A stretch of DNA of 42,535 nt from Gemmatimonadales bacterium (GTDB lineage Bacteria; Gemmatimonadota; Gemmatimonadetes; Gemmatimonadales; GWC2-71-9), in the NCBI GenBank assembly GCA_025928955.1, contig JAICNA010000001.1, positions 1 through 42,535 on the forward strand, given 5' to 3'. The position numbers and the translations under genes were made by a program. The notes under the pieces were generated by a model. That model did not search any database and was not told the origin of the DNA. It worked only from the letters and a program-made list of their open reading frames with translations. Shown piece after piece: positions 26,049-35,753 of this stretch (positions are counted from its first letter, which is position 1; every line of letters begins with the position of its first letter).

Positions 26049-28157
26049 TCACTCGTTCACCGCGCGCAGCGGACCCTCGGCGACGAGAATCTCCTGCGTC
26101 CATGCGGGCGTCGAGATCCTCACCCGGTCCTCCTGAAAGTTGACAACCGGCCGCGCGCCCTGCCCCAGCGGCACCAGCGCCGTGACGATCACGTTTCCAT
26201 CCTCCGGCCCCATCGCCCAGACACAGATCGCCGAGGCCACGCGGGCGCCGAACACGGGAGCGCTCCAGCCCGCTTCGACCCGCAGCGCGCCGGCCGACGC
26301 CGCGATGAGCAGGCCCGTCCCCTGCGGCTCGCGGAGTGTACAGGTCCGGTCGGCCGGATCGAGCTCGAGGCCGGGGGCCGCATGCCAGCGGACCTCGAAC
26401 GGGTGTCGCCCCGCGCTCACGATCGTATCCCGCACCACCCACGCACGCTGCGGCACGAAGAGGATCTCGCGCCGGTGCTCCGCCGGAGGAGCAAGGTCCG
26501 CGTACCCGTCGTGCGAGCCGTCGAAGGCGGTCCAGGCTTCGTTCGACTCCCAGCGGATCAGCGTCGCCCCGGCGCGGTTCGCCCACCTGAAGGGCGTGGC
26601 GGGGACCGACGAGGATCGACCGGCCACCGTCACCGTACTGTGCGCCGCGGAGCTCCGGAAGGCGTCCCGGTCCTCGGCCGTCGCGACATATGTGTACGTG
26701 CCGGGATCGACCAGCATGGGGCGGCCTCGTGCCGCAACTTCGATGGCGAGCGTGTCGGCGTGTCCATGGCCACCGTTGAGGCCGCCGAGCGGCCCGCAGT
26801 CCACGGCCAGGTAATTCGCCTCGACACCCCACCCGTCCCGCATCACGAAATACCCGCCATCGGGGTATGCCGCGGGGACCACTGGCTTCCGCATTCCCAT
26901 CCGCTCGAACCGGGCCGGACCGCCAGAGCCAAGGAGCCAGACCAGCTCGGGCACGGGCGCACCCGCCCCGAAGCAATAATCGGGCCTCTCGAGAAGGGCA
27001 CCGCCGAGGGCGAGCGTATCACGGAAGTCGTTGGAGTCACGTCGCTTAAGCATCACCAACCTCCCCCCGTCGTCATCGCCGATCAGGGGCCAGCGGCGAT
27101 CGGGTCGCATGAGCGCAACGGTATGATCCAGGAGGGCCTCGAGGGCGCCCGCGAGCCGGGCGTCAAGGGCCTCGCCGGCCTGCCTCCGGAGCAGCGCCAG
27201 ATGCAGGTAGAAGTCGGCGGTGTAACGGTGGTAGTAGCTCGACTGCTCGAAGTAGACCCCATCCGGACGTATCTGGCGACCCAGCTCGCCGAACAGCACC
27301 TTCTCGCCGCGTTCGACCCAGCGGGCGGCGCCGCGCAGCTCAGGGAAATGGGTGCCGATGTAGACGAGGCCGAGCGCCTCCCCCGTGAGGTGGGTATTCG
27401 GGCTGAAGTAGGTGGAGAGATGCACCTCGAGGTGACGCGCATGCACGTGCAGCATGCCGAGGATGCGCCGATACACATCCGCCTTCAGTTCGGCCGAGGC
27501 ACGGATGAGATACAGCGCCCAGGTCCAGGAGATGGCCCGGAACGCCACCTCGAGACTGCTCGCCCAGTTCATGCCCCGCTTCGGTGGATTCGCGTCGATC
27601 CACGCAGACAGCTGGCCCAGCAGGGCGCGGGGAAACGATTCGTCACCCGTGAGCGCGTACGCCTGCGCCAGGGTGACGAAGTGCTGATGGCGATTGAGCT
27701 CCCAGACCACCTTGTGATCCCCGACCACCGCGTATTCGAGATATGGAATCCGGCTCCAGTGCACGAGCGGCGCGCGGCGTCCGGAAAGGGGATCGAGCTG
27801 CCAGTCGATCGGGTCGCCGAAGGAGAGCTCGCGATGGCCGAGCAGATCGAAGCGGCCCTCGAGGGCGCGCCGCGCGGCGGCCTCGAGGGATTGGGCCTCA
27901 CCCGGCCAGAGCGCACGGAGCGTCGCCGCGGCGTCGGCGGGCTCATCCATCGCCGGGAAGACCGGGGCGGCGCGCGCGCGGAAGTCCGCAAGGAGCGCCG
28001 CGGGATCCGCTCCGCCCTGCACCAGCGAGGCAATGCGTTCGTCGCTGGGCTCGCGGCCCTCGGGGTGCCAGCCGGCACGCTCGAGCAGCACCGCCGCGAG
28101 CTGCGCGCTCCGGACGCGGATTTCCCCGAGGGTGCGGCCGCGGAGCCGGCCGATCAT
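26049..28157 (-). CDS. Heparinase II/III-like (alginate-lyase-like N-domain + Hepar_II_III) protein with no evident signal peptide
   Basis: 'DHKVVWELNRHQHFVTLAQAY' and 'GGHGHADTLAIEV'. The N-terminus 'MIGRLRGRTLGEIRVRSAQL' is not signal-like. Confidence 0.8.
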   Translation of the reverse strand: MIGRLRGRTLGEIRVRSAQLAAVLLERAGWHPEGREPSDERIASLVQGGADPAALLADFRARAAPVFPAMDEPADAAATLRALWPGEAQSLEAAARRALEGRFDLLGHRELSFGDPIDWQLDPLSGRRAPLVHWSRIPYLEYAVVGDHKVVWELNRHQHFVTLAQAYALTGDESFPRALLGQLSAWIDANPPKRGMNWASSLEVAFRAISWTWALYLIRASAELKADVYRRILGMLHVHARHLEVHLSTYFSPNTHLTGEALGLVYIGTHFPELRGAARWVERGEKVLFGELGRQIRPDGVYFEQSSYYHRYTADFYLHLALLRRQAGEALDARLAGALEALLDHTVALMRPDRRWPLIGDDDGGRLVMLKRRDSNDFRDTLALGGALLERPDYCFGAGAPVPELVWLLGSGGPARFERMGMRKPVVPAAYPDGGYFVMRDGWGVEANYLAVDCGPLGGLNGGHGHADTLAIEVAARGRPMLVDPGTYTYVATAEDRDAFRSSAAHSTVTVAGRSSSVPATPFRWANRAGATLIRWESNEAWTAFDGSHDGYADLAPPAEHRREILFVPQRAWVVRDTIVSAGRHPFEVRWHAAPGLELDPADRTCTLREPQGTGLLIAASAGALRVEAGWSAPVFGARVASAICVWAMGPEDGNVIVTALVPLGQGARPVVNFQEDRVRISTPAWTQEILVAEGPLRAVNE

Positions 28158-29194
28158 CCGGCGAGCTCCTCGTAAAGCGCGAGCACGGCCTCGATGTTCC
28201 CGGTCCCCTCCGCCGCCCGCGGCGAGCGAGGCGCGCCCATCGCGGCGACGGCGGCGTCGACGAGCGCTTCCGAATCGCCGATCGGGACCAGCCGCACGCC
28301 GTCCGGCCGCATTCCCGTGTCCGTCGCGACGACCGGCGTGCCGAGTGCGAGCGCTTCGCGCACCGAGATCGAGTCACCGTCGTAGAGTGTCGTTCGGAGA
28401 AAGACGCGGGATGCGGCGATGGCGCGAAGTGTCTGGTCGTGCGGAACGTCTCCCGCCAGGCAGATGTGCTCGCTGGCCGGAGATCGCGCGATGAGCGCGC
28501 GCAACTCGCCCTCGAGACTCCCCGACCCGACGATCAGGAGCCCGGCGCCGGGGGCGGCAGCCCGGATCCCGGGCAGTGCCTCGATCTGTCGCGCGAGATC
28601 GTACTCGGGTTCGAGCAGGCCGACGGTCGTGAGAAGGCGGTCGTGCGCAGCCATGAAGGCGACGAGGTGCGGCGGAAGCTCGGGAGCGGACTCACTCTCC
28701 GTCACCGTGGGAGACTCGTGAGGGAGGATCAGCCGGATGGCGTCGGCCCAGCACCCGAACCGGCGGAAGAGATCGGCGAGTTCTTGATTGACGACGATGA
28801 TCCGGTCGAACCGCCGGAACACGGCGCCGCGGAGGGATGCTGCGCGCGCGGTGCGTCCCTCGGCGGAGGAAGGATATCCGCCCGAATGGAAGGTCAGCAC
28901 CGACCGGGTGCCGGGAAGCATCGTGCAGACCGCGGCGAGCCCGAGGAGGCGGGGCGTGAGATTCCCGCCCAGGTGGAGATGCACCACATCGTACTCGAGC
29001 GCACCGAACAGGCGGAGCAGCGGCAGCACGCCCCGCGGGTAATACACTGCCTCGTCCCCGCTCTCCGGCGCGCCCGTGATGTTGATGACCGCGCACGGGA
29101 TCCCCCGCGCGCGGAGGAGTCGCCTGATCGCCACCAGATTCGTCTGTACGCCTCCATGCGGCGGAGGATACGGCCCCAGCTGGAGCACCCGCAT
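28154..29194 (-). CDS. Glycosyltransferase family 4
   Basis: ATG at 29194 inside ORF 28154..29884 (codon 231). 'MRVLQLGPYPPPHGGVQTNL' and 'SISVREALALGTPVVATDTG'. One-nt overlap (TGATG) with the upstream gene. Confidence 0.8.
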   Translation of the reverse strand: MRVLQLGPYPPPHGGVQTNLVAIRRLLRARGIPCAVINITGAPESGDEAVYYPRGVLPLLRLFGALEYDVVHLHLGGNLTPRLLGLAAVCTMLPGTRSVLTFHSGGYPSSAEGRTARAASLRGAVFRRFDRIIVVNQELADLFRRFGCWADAIRLILPHESPTVTESESAPELPPHLVAFMAAHDRLLTTVGLLEPEYDLARQIEALPGIRAAAPGAGLLIVGSGSLEGELRALIARSPASEHICLAGDVPHDQTLRAIAASRVFLRTTLYDGDSISVREALALGTPVVATDTGMRPDGVRLVPIGDSEALVDAAVAAMGAPRSPRAAEGTGNIEAVLALYEELAG

Positions 29195-31365
29195 CAGCCG
29201 CCAGGCGCGAGCACGCGCTGCCAGTCGGCGACGAGCGGCACTCCGCCGCGACGTGCGGACTCCATCAGCTTCAGGCAGACCACGGTGGCGCGGGCCCCAT
29301 CCTGCACCGATACCGGGCTCGGCGTGCCGGCTCGCACCGCATCGAGGAACGCCTTCAGCTGTGCGTCGTACCCCTTCTCGGCGAACCAGCGGCGGGATGT
29401 CCGGCGCAGCCCGCCGGCCGAGGTGAAGCTCTTGAAGTCCTCCGCCATCGCGCCGATGCCGGGCGCGAACGCTTCGACCCGCTCGCCGCCCGAGGTCCTG
29501 CTCCCGACGGTACAGTAGGTCAGGTTGGCGATGGATCCGTCGGCGAAGGTGAAGGTGGCCGCAATGTTGTTCTCGCCGATCGGCTCGGTGCGCCCCGTCG
29601 GGAGGGACACGGCGCTCACCTGTTCGATCTCGCTCCCGAGCAGCCAGTAGAACAGGTCCACGAAGTGGCACGCCTCGCCGAGGATGGCGCCGCCGATCGC
29701 GGGATCGGCCATCCAGAAGCTGCCCGAGATGCCCGGCGAGTTCACGCGGGCGGTGAGGACGGCGGGACCGTTCCGCCGTGCGAGCTGGTCGCGGAGTGAG
29801 AGGTAATCCGGCGCGAACCGGCGGTTGAAGCCGACGGCGAGCTGCCTCCCGGACTCGTCCACGGCATCGAGCAGCTCGCGGCACTCCGCCTCGGTGAGCG
29901 CCATCGGCTTCTCGACGAAGACGTGCTTCCCCGCCCTGAGCGCGGCGAGTGCCTCCCTCGCGTGATGCTGGTTGCGGCTCGTGATCAGCACGATATCGAC
30001 GAGCTCGTCACGCAGGACCTCGTCATAGTCGGTGGTGCAGTAGGCCGCACCGAACCGGCGCGCATACGCCTTCCCTCGCGCCCCGCTCGACGACTGCACC
30101 GCGCGCACGCTGCCGCCCGCCTTCTTGAGCGCGGGCATGTGCGCCCACCGGGCGATGTTCGCGGCGCCGATGAGCGCAACGCGGGCGCCGGCGGGCGCCG
30201 AGCCTGCGGGAAGGGCCACCGTCCGGACGGGGGCCGCGGGGACCTGGGCTGCGGGCGGCTCGGGGTACTCGAGCAGCACGGCCAGGCTGGTCGACCCGGG
30301 CTGCATGATCGTGTCGTAGGCGGTCGGGGCCGCTTCCAGCGGAAAACGGTGCGTGACGAGCGGGCCGACCTGCACATCGCCGGTGGCCATGAGCCGGAGA
30401 AACTCCTCCATGTTCCGGTTCTCGGTCCAGCGCACGTACGAGTACGGATAATCCTGGCCCTTCTTCTCATAGAGCGGATCGTAGCTCCCGGGCCCGTAGG
30501 CTCGCGCCATGTAGAGCTGGATCTCCTTGAGGTACATCTCGAGCCAGGGGAAGCTCATCTCGACTGCGCCGAGCACGACGATCCGTCCCCGGTCGCGGCA
30601 GATCCGCAGCGCCTGCTCGCACGGAGCGGACGACTTCGCCGCCGCAGCCACGAAGACGCAGTCCACCCCCTTGCCATCGGTGAGCGAGGCGATGGCATCG
30701 GGCAGGCCGCTCCCACCCGCGATCCCGTGCTCCGCGCCAAGCTGGCGCGCCAGGTCGATCCGCTCCTGGCGCAGGTCCACGCCGATCACCCGGCCGCCCT
30801 GCAGCCGCGCGAGCTGTGCGGTCAATTGCCCGACCAGGCCCAGCCCGATCACGGCCACCGTTTCGCCCAGCGCGACGTTTCCGGTGCGCACGCCATTCAT
30901 CGCAATGCTGCCGAGCGTCGCGAAGCATGCTGCGTCGAACGGCAGGGCGTCCGGGACCCGGGCCACGAGGTTGCGGCCGGTCTGAATGCATTCGCCGTGG
31001 CCGGTTCCCTCACCGCCGTACGCTACACGGTCACCGATCGCGAGATCCGTCACGGTAGGATGCCGGTCGATCACCACGCCCGCGCCGGAGTAGCCGAGCA
31101 CGGCGTAGTCGCTGAACTTCGCGAGGACCTCGCTCGCGGTGCGCACCGGGCCGTTCGCCATCATCACGTCGAACACCTTCCGCAGGTGCGACGGATTGTG
31201 CGCGACTTCCTGGATGATGCCTTCCTTGTGGATGCTCGCCGTCTCCGTCCCGCTGCTGATGAGCGAGAATGCTGGCCGGATGAGCACGCCGTGCGGCACC
31301 GGTATCGGATCGGGGACCTCGTCCACCACGATGTCCTTGAGGCCCTTCCTGAGCACCTGTTTCAT
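29194..31365 (-). CDS. Bi-domain oxidoreductase (N-terminal Zn-type alcohol dehydrogenase/MDR + C-terminal Gfo/Idh/MocA)
   Basis: 'VLIRPAFSLISSGTE', Rossmann 'VAVIGLGLVGQLTAQLARLQG' and a second Rossmann 'RVALIGAANIARWAHMPAL'. Confidence 0.85.
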   Translation of the reverse strand: MKQVLRKGLKDIVVDEVPDPIPVPHGVLIRPAFSLISSGTETASIHKEGIIQEVAHNPSHLRKVFDVMMANGPVRTASEVLAKFSDYAVLGYSGAGVVIDRHPTVTDLAIGDRVAYGGEGTGHGECIQTGRNLVARVPDALPFDAACFATLGSIAMNGVRTGNVALGETVAVIGLGLVGQLTAQLARLQGGRVIGVDLRQERIDLARQLGAEHGIAGGSGLPDAIASLTDGKGVDCVFVAAAAKSSAPCEQALRICRDRGRIVVLGAVEMSFPWLEMYLKEIQLYMARAYGPGSYDPLYEKKGQDYPYSYVRWTENRNMEEFLRLMATGDVQVGPLVTHRFPLEAAPTAYDTIMQPGSTSLAVLLEYPEPPAAQVPAAPVRTVALPAGSAPAGARVALIGAANIARWAHMPALKKAGGSVRAVQSSSGARGKAYARRFGAAYCTTDYDEVLRDELVDIVLITSRNQHHAREALAALRAGKHVFVEKPMALTEAECRELLDAVDESGRQLAVGFNRRFAPDYLSLRDQLARRNGPAVLTARVNSPGISGSFWMADPAIGGAILGEACHFVDLFYWLLGSEIEQVSAVSLPTGRTEPIGENNIAATFTFADGSIANLTYCTVGSRTSGGERVEAFAPGIGAMAEDFKSFTSAGGLRRTSRRWFAEKGYDAQLKAFLDAVRAGTPSPVSVQDGARATVVCLKLMESARRGGVPLVADWQRVLAPGG

Positions 31366-31393
31366 CGAAATCCCATGCGTAAGAGTTCCATCA

Positions 31394-32500
31394 TCAGCGC
31401 CGCCACACGTCCCAGCGGCCGCGCAGCCCGTAGTACGTCGCCGTGACGATCGCCGCCTGGAGCGAGATGCCCCAGGCCGCCAGGTTCCTCACGGCGCGCC
31501 ATTTCCCGGCGGCGCCAGCCGCGAGCGCGAGCAGGACGAGTGCCCCCGCCCCGGCGACGAGCGTATAGGGCCCGTATCGGCCGACCAGAATCGCCAGGAC
31601 GGCTGCCCCGAGGCACACCAGAAGATAGGGGGTCAGCAACCGCAGGAGCTTGTGGAGAACGAACTGGACCCACACGGGATTCCTGACTGGAGCGAGCACC
31701 GCCGGCAGCCAGGCGCAGAGCTGGAAGTTGCCGGTCAGCGTCCGCACCTTGCGCCGGTACTCCTCAGAGGCCTCGGTGGTCCGGGTATCGAAGGCGCGCG
31801 CGGCGTCGGTGAAGCCGATGCGCTGGCCGGCGAGGACGAGCCGCATCGGGACATACAGATCGTCGAGGATCAGGCCCGCCGGCAGGGGTGCCCAGTGCGA
31901 GCGGCGCATCGCGTAGATCGACCCGCTCACCCCGATCGCCGAATGCAGCACGGCCTCGTCGCGTCGCAGGCGCCGCTCCATCCGCCAGTAGCGGTCGATG
32001 AGCGATTCTTCCCCTCGGCGCGGCAGCTCGAGCCGACCCGAGGTCGCGGCGAACGTGCCGTCGGCGAGGTCGGCAACGAGCCGGCGGATCGCGTCCGGCG
32101 CGAAGCGCTGGTGTGTATCCGTGAGGACGAGAATCTCGCCCGACGCGGCGCGGGCACCGGCGTTGAGATTCGTGGCCTTGCCGCCGGGCGGGTCCCCGCG
32201 CACGACCGAGAGGCCGGGTCGCCGGCCCGCCAGCTCCGATTCATCCGTGGCACTCGCGTGATCGAGCGCGATGACGACGTGGAGCTCGCCGGGATAGTCC
32301 CCTGCCAGGATATCGTCCACGCGGGCGAGGATATCGGCCGCCGGCTCGCGTGACGCGACGAGGACAGTGACCGACGGCCACGCCGCGGGCTCGTGCACGA
32401 CGCGTTTCCCCGCGCGCGAGGCGAGGACGCGCATAAGGAGCGGATAACCGATCCATACGAGGATCAGGAGGAGGGCGGCACCGATGGCGAGGGCGGTCAC
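31394..32500 (-). CDS. Membrane-anchored glycosyltransferase family 2
   Basis: N-terminal TM. 'VTVLVASREPAADILARVDDILAGDYP' and 'ILVLTDTHQRF'. Several C-terminal TM segments. Confidence 0.8.
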   Translation of the reverse strand: MTALAIGAALLLILVWIGYPLLMRVLASRAGKRVVHEPAAWPSVTVLVASREPAADILARVDDILAGDYPGELHVVIALDHASATDESELAGRRPGLSVVRGDPPGGKATNLNAGARAASGEILVLTDTHQRFAPDAIRRLVADLADGTFAATSGRLELPRRGEESLIDRYWRMERRLRRDEAVLHSAIGVSGSIYAMRRSHWAPLPAGLILDDLYVPMRLVLAGQRIGFTDAARAFDTRTTEASEEYRRKVRTLTGNFQLCAWLPAVLAPVRNPVWVQFVLHKLLRLLTPYLLVCLGAAVLAILVGRYGPYTLVAGAGALVLLALAAGAAGKWRAVRNLAAWGISLQAAIVTATYYGLRGRWDVWRR

Positions 32501-33597
32501 AGGGATGAATACAGCGCTTCGAGCGCGCGCGCGTAGGTGTCGCGATCGAACCGGCCCTCGAGGCTCTGCCGCCCGGCGCGCCCGAGTGCGATGCGCCTGG
32601 ACGGGCTCACGGCCAGCGAATCGATCGCCGCGGCGAAGCCGGGGACGTCGTCGACGTCGAGGACGATCCCCTCGCGGTCGCTCCGGATGATTTCGGGAAT
32701 GCCTCCGACCCGCGTGGTCACCACCGGCAGCGAAGCCGCCATCGCCTCCGCCACGACAAGGCCGAACGTCTCGTAGCGGGACGGCAGGAAGAAGATGTCG
32801 GAGCTCGCGAGGATGTCGGGGATGTCGTTTCGCGAGCCGAGGAACAGGACACGGCCCGCAAGCGTCGGGTCCTCTGCGGCGCGGATCATCTCATCCGCAT
32901 ACGCCTCGTGTCCGAGTCCCGCGCGCCCGGCGATGATGAACCGGAGCTCAGGCCGGCGCGGAATCATCTCGCGCGCCACAGCGAGCAGCACGTCGATCGC
33001 CTTGTTCGGCGTAAGCTGGCAGACCGACGCCACCACGACGTCCGAAGGCGCGAGCCCGAGCGAGGGCCGGATGCCGCGGCCCGACTCGATCTCCGCGATG
33101 TTGACCGGATTGTGCAGCACCGCTGCCTTCCGCGCGATCCTCGCGCGGTGGCCCGTCGCGCGGAAGTGCGCCTCGGAGACGAAGACGACCTTCGACGCGG
33201 CGAAGCGGTCGAGGTTCTGGGCGTCGACATCGAGGGGGTTGTGGACGTGAAGGATGACCGGAACGCCCGCGAGGGGCGCAGCGAGCACGATATCCAGATT
33301 CCAGCCGAATTCGTTCACGTGCAGCACGTCGACGCGCGCGCGGCGGAGCAGCGAGGCGGATCGGAGCACCGCCCTGAGGGAGCGGCCAGGCCGCCGGTAA
33401 CTCGCTTCGGTGACGTTCCCCCGCAGAATCTCGACGTCCCGCGCCTCCAGCTCTCTCAGCAGGGCCCCGTCGGACTCGCTGCTGGCGAGAAACAGCGGCG
33501 TATGGCGGTGCCGATCGAGGGCATCGATCATGCCGATGAGTGCCTTCGGGGAGCCGGTATCGAACTGGTGCGAGCTGTAGAAATAGAGAATGCGCAC
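32497..33597 (-). CDS. Glycosyltransferase family 4, tandem paralog of 33706..34800
   Basis: I chose the GTG at 33597 because 'VRILYFYSSHQFDTGSPK' aligns with the 'MRILYFYSWQHFTTGSPK' start of the neighbouring paralog. The ORF-track ATG at 33660 is the alternative. Motif 'ETFGLVVAEAMAASLPVVTTRVGGIPEI'. Confidence 0.7.
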   Translation of the reverse strand: MRILYFYSSHQFDTGSPKALIGMIDALDRHRHTPLFLASSESDGALLRELEARDVEILRGNVTEASYRRPGRSLRAVLRSASLLRRARVDVLHVNEFGWNLDIVLAAPLAGVPVILHVHNPLDVDAQNLDRFAASKVVFVSEAHFRATGHRARIARKAAVLHNPVNIAEIESGRGIRPSLGLAPSDVVVASVCQLTPNKAIDVLLAVAREMIPRRPELRFIIAGRAGLGHEAYADEMIRAAEDPTLAGRVLFLGSRNDIPDILASSDIFFLPSRYETFGLVVAEAMAASLPVVTTRVGGIPEIIRSDREGIVLDVDDVPGFAAAIDSLAVSPSRRIALGRAGRQSLEGRFDRDTYARALEALYSSL

Positions 33598-33705
33598 GTC
33601 AGGCGAGTTCCAGGATCGCGAGTGCGCGAGATCGGGGCACTCGTCGGTGGGGACGTCCATTGGCCGGCCGGTCGGATTCGAGCGGGGTCCACGACACGGC
33701 TGGCC

Positions 33706-34800
33706 TCACGCCTCTGCGTAGACGGCTTCGAGTGCCCGCGCGTAGGTGGCGCGGTCGAAACGGCCGTCGAGGCTCTTCCGCGCCGCGCGCCCCACGGTGC
33801 GGCGCCGCTCGGGAGAGTCGATGAAGAGATTGATGGCCGACACGAACGCCGCGCGATCGTCCACCGGCGCGAGCGAGCCGATCGCGGCCGACGAAACGAT
33901 CTCCGGAATGCCGCCCACATTCGAGGCCACGACAGGCAGCGATGCAGCCATCGCCTCGGCTACGACGAGTCCGTACGTCTCGTGCCGACTCGGGAGGAAG
34001 AAGATATCGGAGCTTCGCAGGATGTCGGGGATGTCCTGCCGGGGGCCGAGGAAGCGGATCCGGCCCCCGAGCTCGGGGTGGGCAGCGCGCGCCATCTGCC
34101 GGTCCGCATAGTCCTGCTCGCTTCGCCCGACCGGGCCGACCACGAGGAACTGCAGCCCGGCGCGCTGCCGCAGCAGCTCGATGGCCACGTCGAGGAACAC
34201 GTCGACGGCCTTCCGCTCCGACAGCTGGCAGACGGTGGTGATGACGGTGTCTTCCGCGGCCAGCCCGAGGTCGCCGCGGATGTCGCGGCCGCCGGCATAC
34301 CGCTCGACGTCGATCGCGTTGTGCAGGACGCGCGCCTTCCCGGCGACGAGGTCGAGTCCGGCGGTCTCCTGCCGATGCGCCTCGGAAACGAAGAGGACGC
34401 GCCAGGCGGCGAAACGGTTCAGGTTGCGAGGATGGATCCGCAGCCTCGTGTGCACGTGGAGGATCACCGGGATGCGCGCCAGCCAGGCGCCGAGCACGAT
34501 GTCCTGGTTCCACCCGAACTCGTTGAGGTGCAGCAGGTCGATCCGCTGGCGCCGAAGCCATCGCGCGGCGCCCATGACACTCCCCGATGCGTTGAGCGGG
34601 CGGCCCACCCCGATCTCGCGGACCGGGCGCCGGAGGATCTCGACGCCCCGACCCGAGAGCTCCGAGACCAGTGGGCCATCGGCCGTCGCGAGGAAGAGAG
34701 GCTCGTGGCGGGAGCGATCCACGAGCTCCACCGTCGTCGCGAGCATCTTCGGCGACCCGGTGGTGAAATGCTGCCAGCTGTAGAAATACAGGATGCGCAT
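33706..34800 (-). CDS. Glycosyltransferase family 4, tandem paralog of 32497..33597
   Basis: 'ETYGLVVAEAMAASLPVVASNVGGIPEI'. Colinear with its neighbour throughout. Confidence 0.85.
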   Translation of the reverse strand: MRILYFYSWQHFTTGSPKMLATTVELVDRSRHEPLFLATADGPLVSELSGRGVEILRRPVREIGVGRPLNASGSVMGAARWLRRQRIDLLHLNEFGWNQDIVLGAWLARIPVILHVHTRLRIHPRNLNRFAAWRVLFVSEAHRQETAGLDLVAGKARVLHNAIDVERYAGGRDIRGDLGLAAEDTVITTVCQLSERKAVDVFLDVAIELLRQRAGLQFLVVGPVGRSEQDYADRQMARAAHPELGGRIRFLGPRQDIPDILRSSDIFFLPSRHETYGLVVAEAMAASLPVVASNVGGIPEIVSSAAIGSLAPVDDRAAFVSAINLFIDSPERRRTVGRAARKSLDGRFDRATYARALEAVYAEA

Positions 34801-35753
34801 CAGGCCGCGCGGCCGCTCCGCCAGCGGTAGAACTCGCGGATGGCGCCTGCCGCCATGCAGGTGCGGAGCTTGTAGTAGAACCGTCCCCGCGGCTCGAAGG
34901 TCGTGAGCCAGCGCGCCGCCCAGACGGGCAGCTCACGAAAGAGGTAGCGCGGAATCCCCGCGATCCGCGGAATGCCCGGCGGCAACTCATACTCGGCGAG
35001 GAAGGGCTCCAGCCGGCCGCGCTGGAAGTACCAGCGCTGGAAATAGCTGCGATTGAGCCGCGCCGGTGTGACGGGGTGAAGCACCTCCGCAGCCCGGGAG
35101 AAGATGAGCTTCTCACCGGCATGCAGAAGGCGCAGGCCGAACTCGATATCCTCGCCGGGGATCGGGAGGCTCCCCGAGTGCCCGAGGTCGAGCCGGAACA
35201 CGCCGTGCTTGCGGAACATCTCGCGGCGGTAGGCGCAATTCGCTCCGATCGGCGGCGCCACCACGGGACCGAATTCCGCCGGGTTCGAATACTGCACGAT
35301 CCCGCCCATCATCCGGTACGGTTCGGACTCGCTCGCCCAGCGCGGCACCGCCACTTCCCAGCGCGCCTTGACCGCGCCTCCGACACCGGCGCATTCAGGA
35401 TCGTCGAATGGCGCGAGCAACGCGGCGAGCCACCCCGCGGGAATCGTCACGTCGTCATCGGTGAACACGACGATCGGGGCACGCGTCTCCGCGATGCCCC
35501 GATTCATTGCCCGCGACTTGCCCTGGATCCCCTCGAAGGAGTAGCGGAGCGCGAGCGGTCCCTTCGCCATGCGACGCTCGACGAGGGCCCGGGTGCCGTC
35601 CGAAGAATTGTTGTCCACCACCAGCACTTCCCACCGGTAGCGTTCGACGCCGGCCTGGCGCTCGAGTGCATCGAGAACCACTTCGAGCCCGGCCACCCGG
35701 TTGTACGTGCAGATGACGACACTGGCGTCAGGCACCTCCTCACGCTCGGCCAC
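34800..35753 (-). CDS. Glycosyltransferase family 2
   Basis: 'ASVVICTYNRVAGLEVVLDALERQ', 'VVDNNSSDGT' and DxD 'VFTDDDV'. Confidence 0.85.
   Translation of the reverse strand: MAEREEVPDASVVICTYNRVAGLEVVLDALERQAGVERYRWEVLVVDNNSSDGTRALVERRMAKGPLALRYSFEGIQGKSRAMNRGIAETRAPIVVFTDDDVTIPAGWLAALLAPFDDPECAGVGGAVKARWEVAVPRWASESEPYRMMGGIVQYSNPAEFGPVVAPPIGANCAYRREMFRKHGVFRLDLGHSGSLPIPGEDIEFGLRLLHAGEKLIFSRAAEVLHPVTPARLNRSYFQRWYFQRGRLEPFLAEYELPPGIPRIAGIPRYLFRELPVWAARWLTTFEPRGRFYYKLRTCMAAGAIREFYRWRSGRAA

Noticed and set aside
22930-26136. 1068-aa plus-strand ORF
   Set aside because: It is antisense to the GT4 and AsnB genes, which have unambiguous catalytic motifs. The translation is R/G/D/E/H-rich junk. 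This is a shadow ORF.
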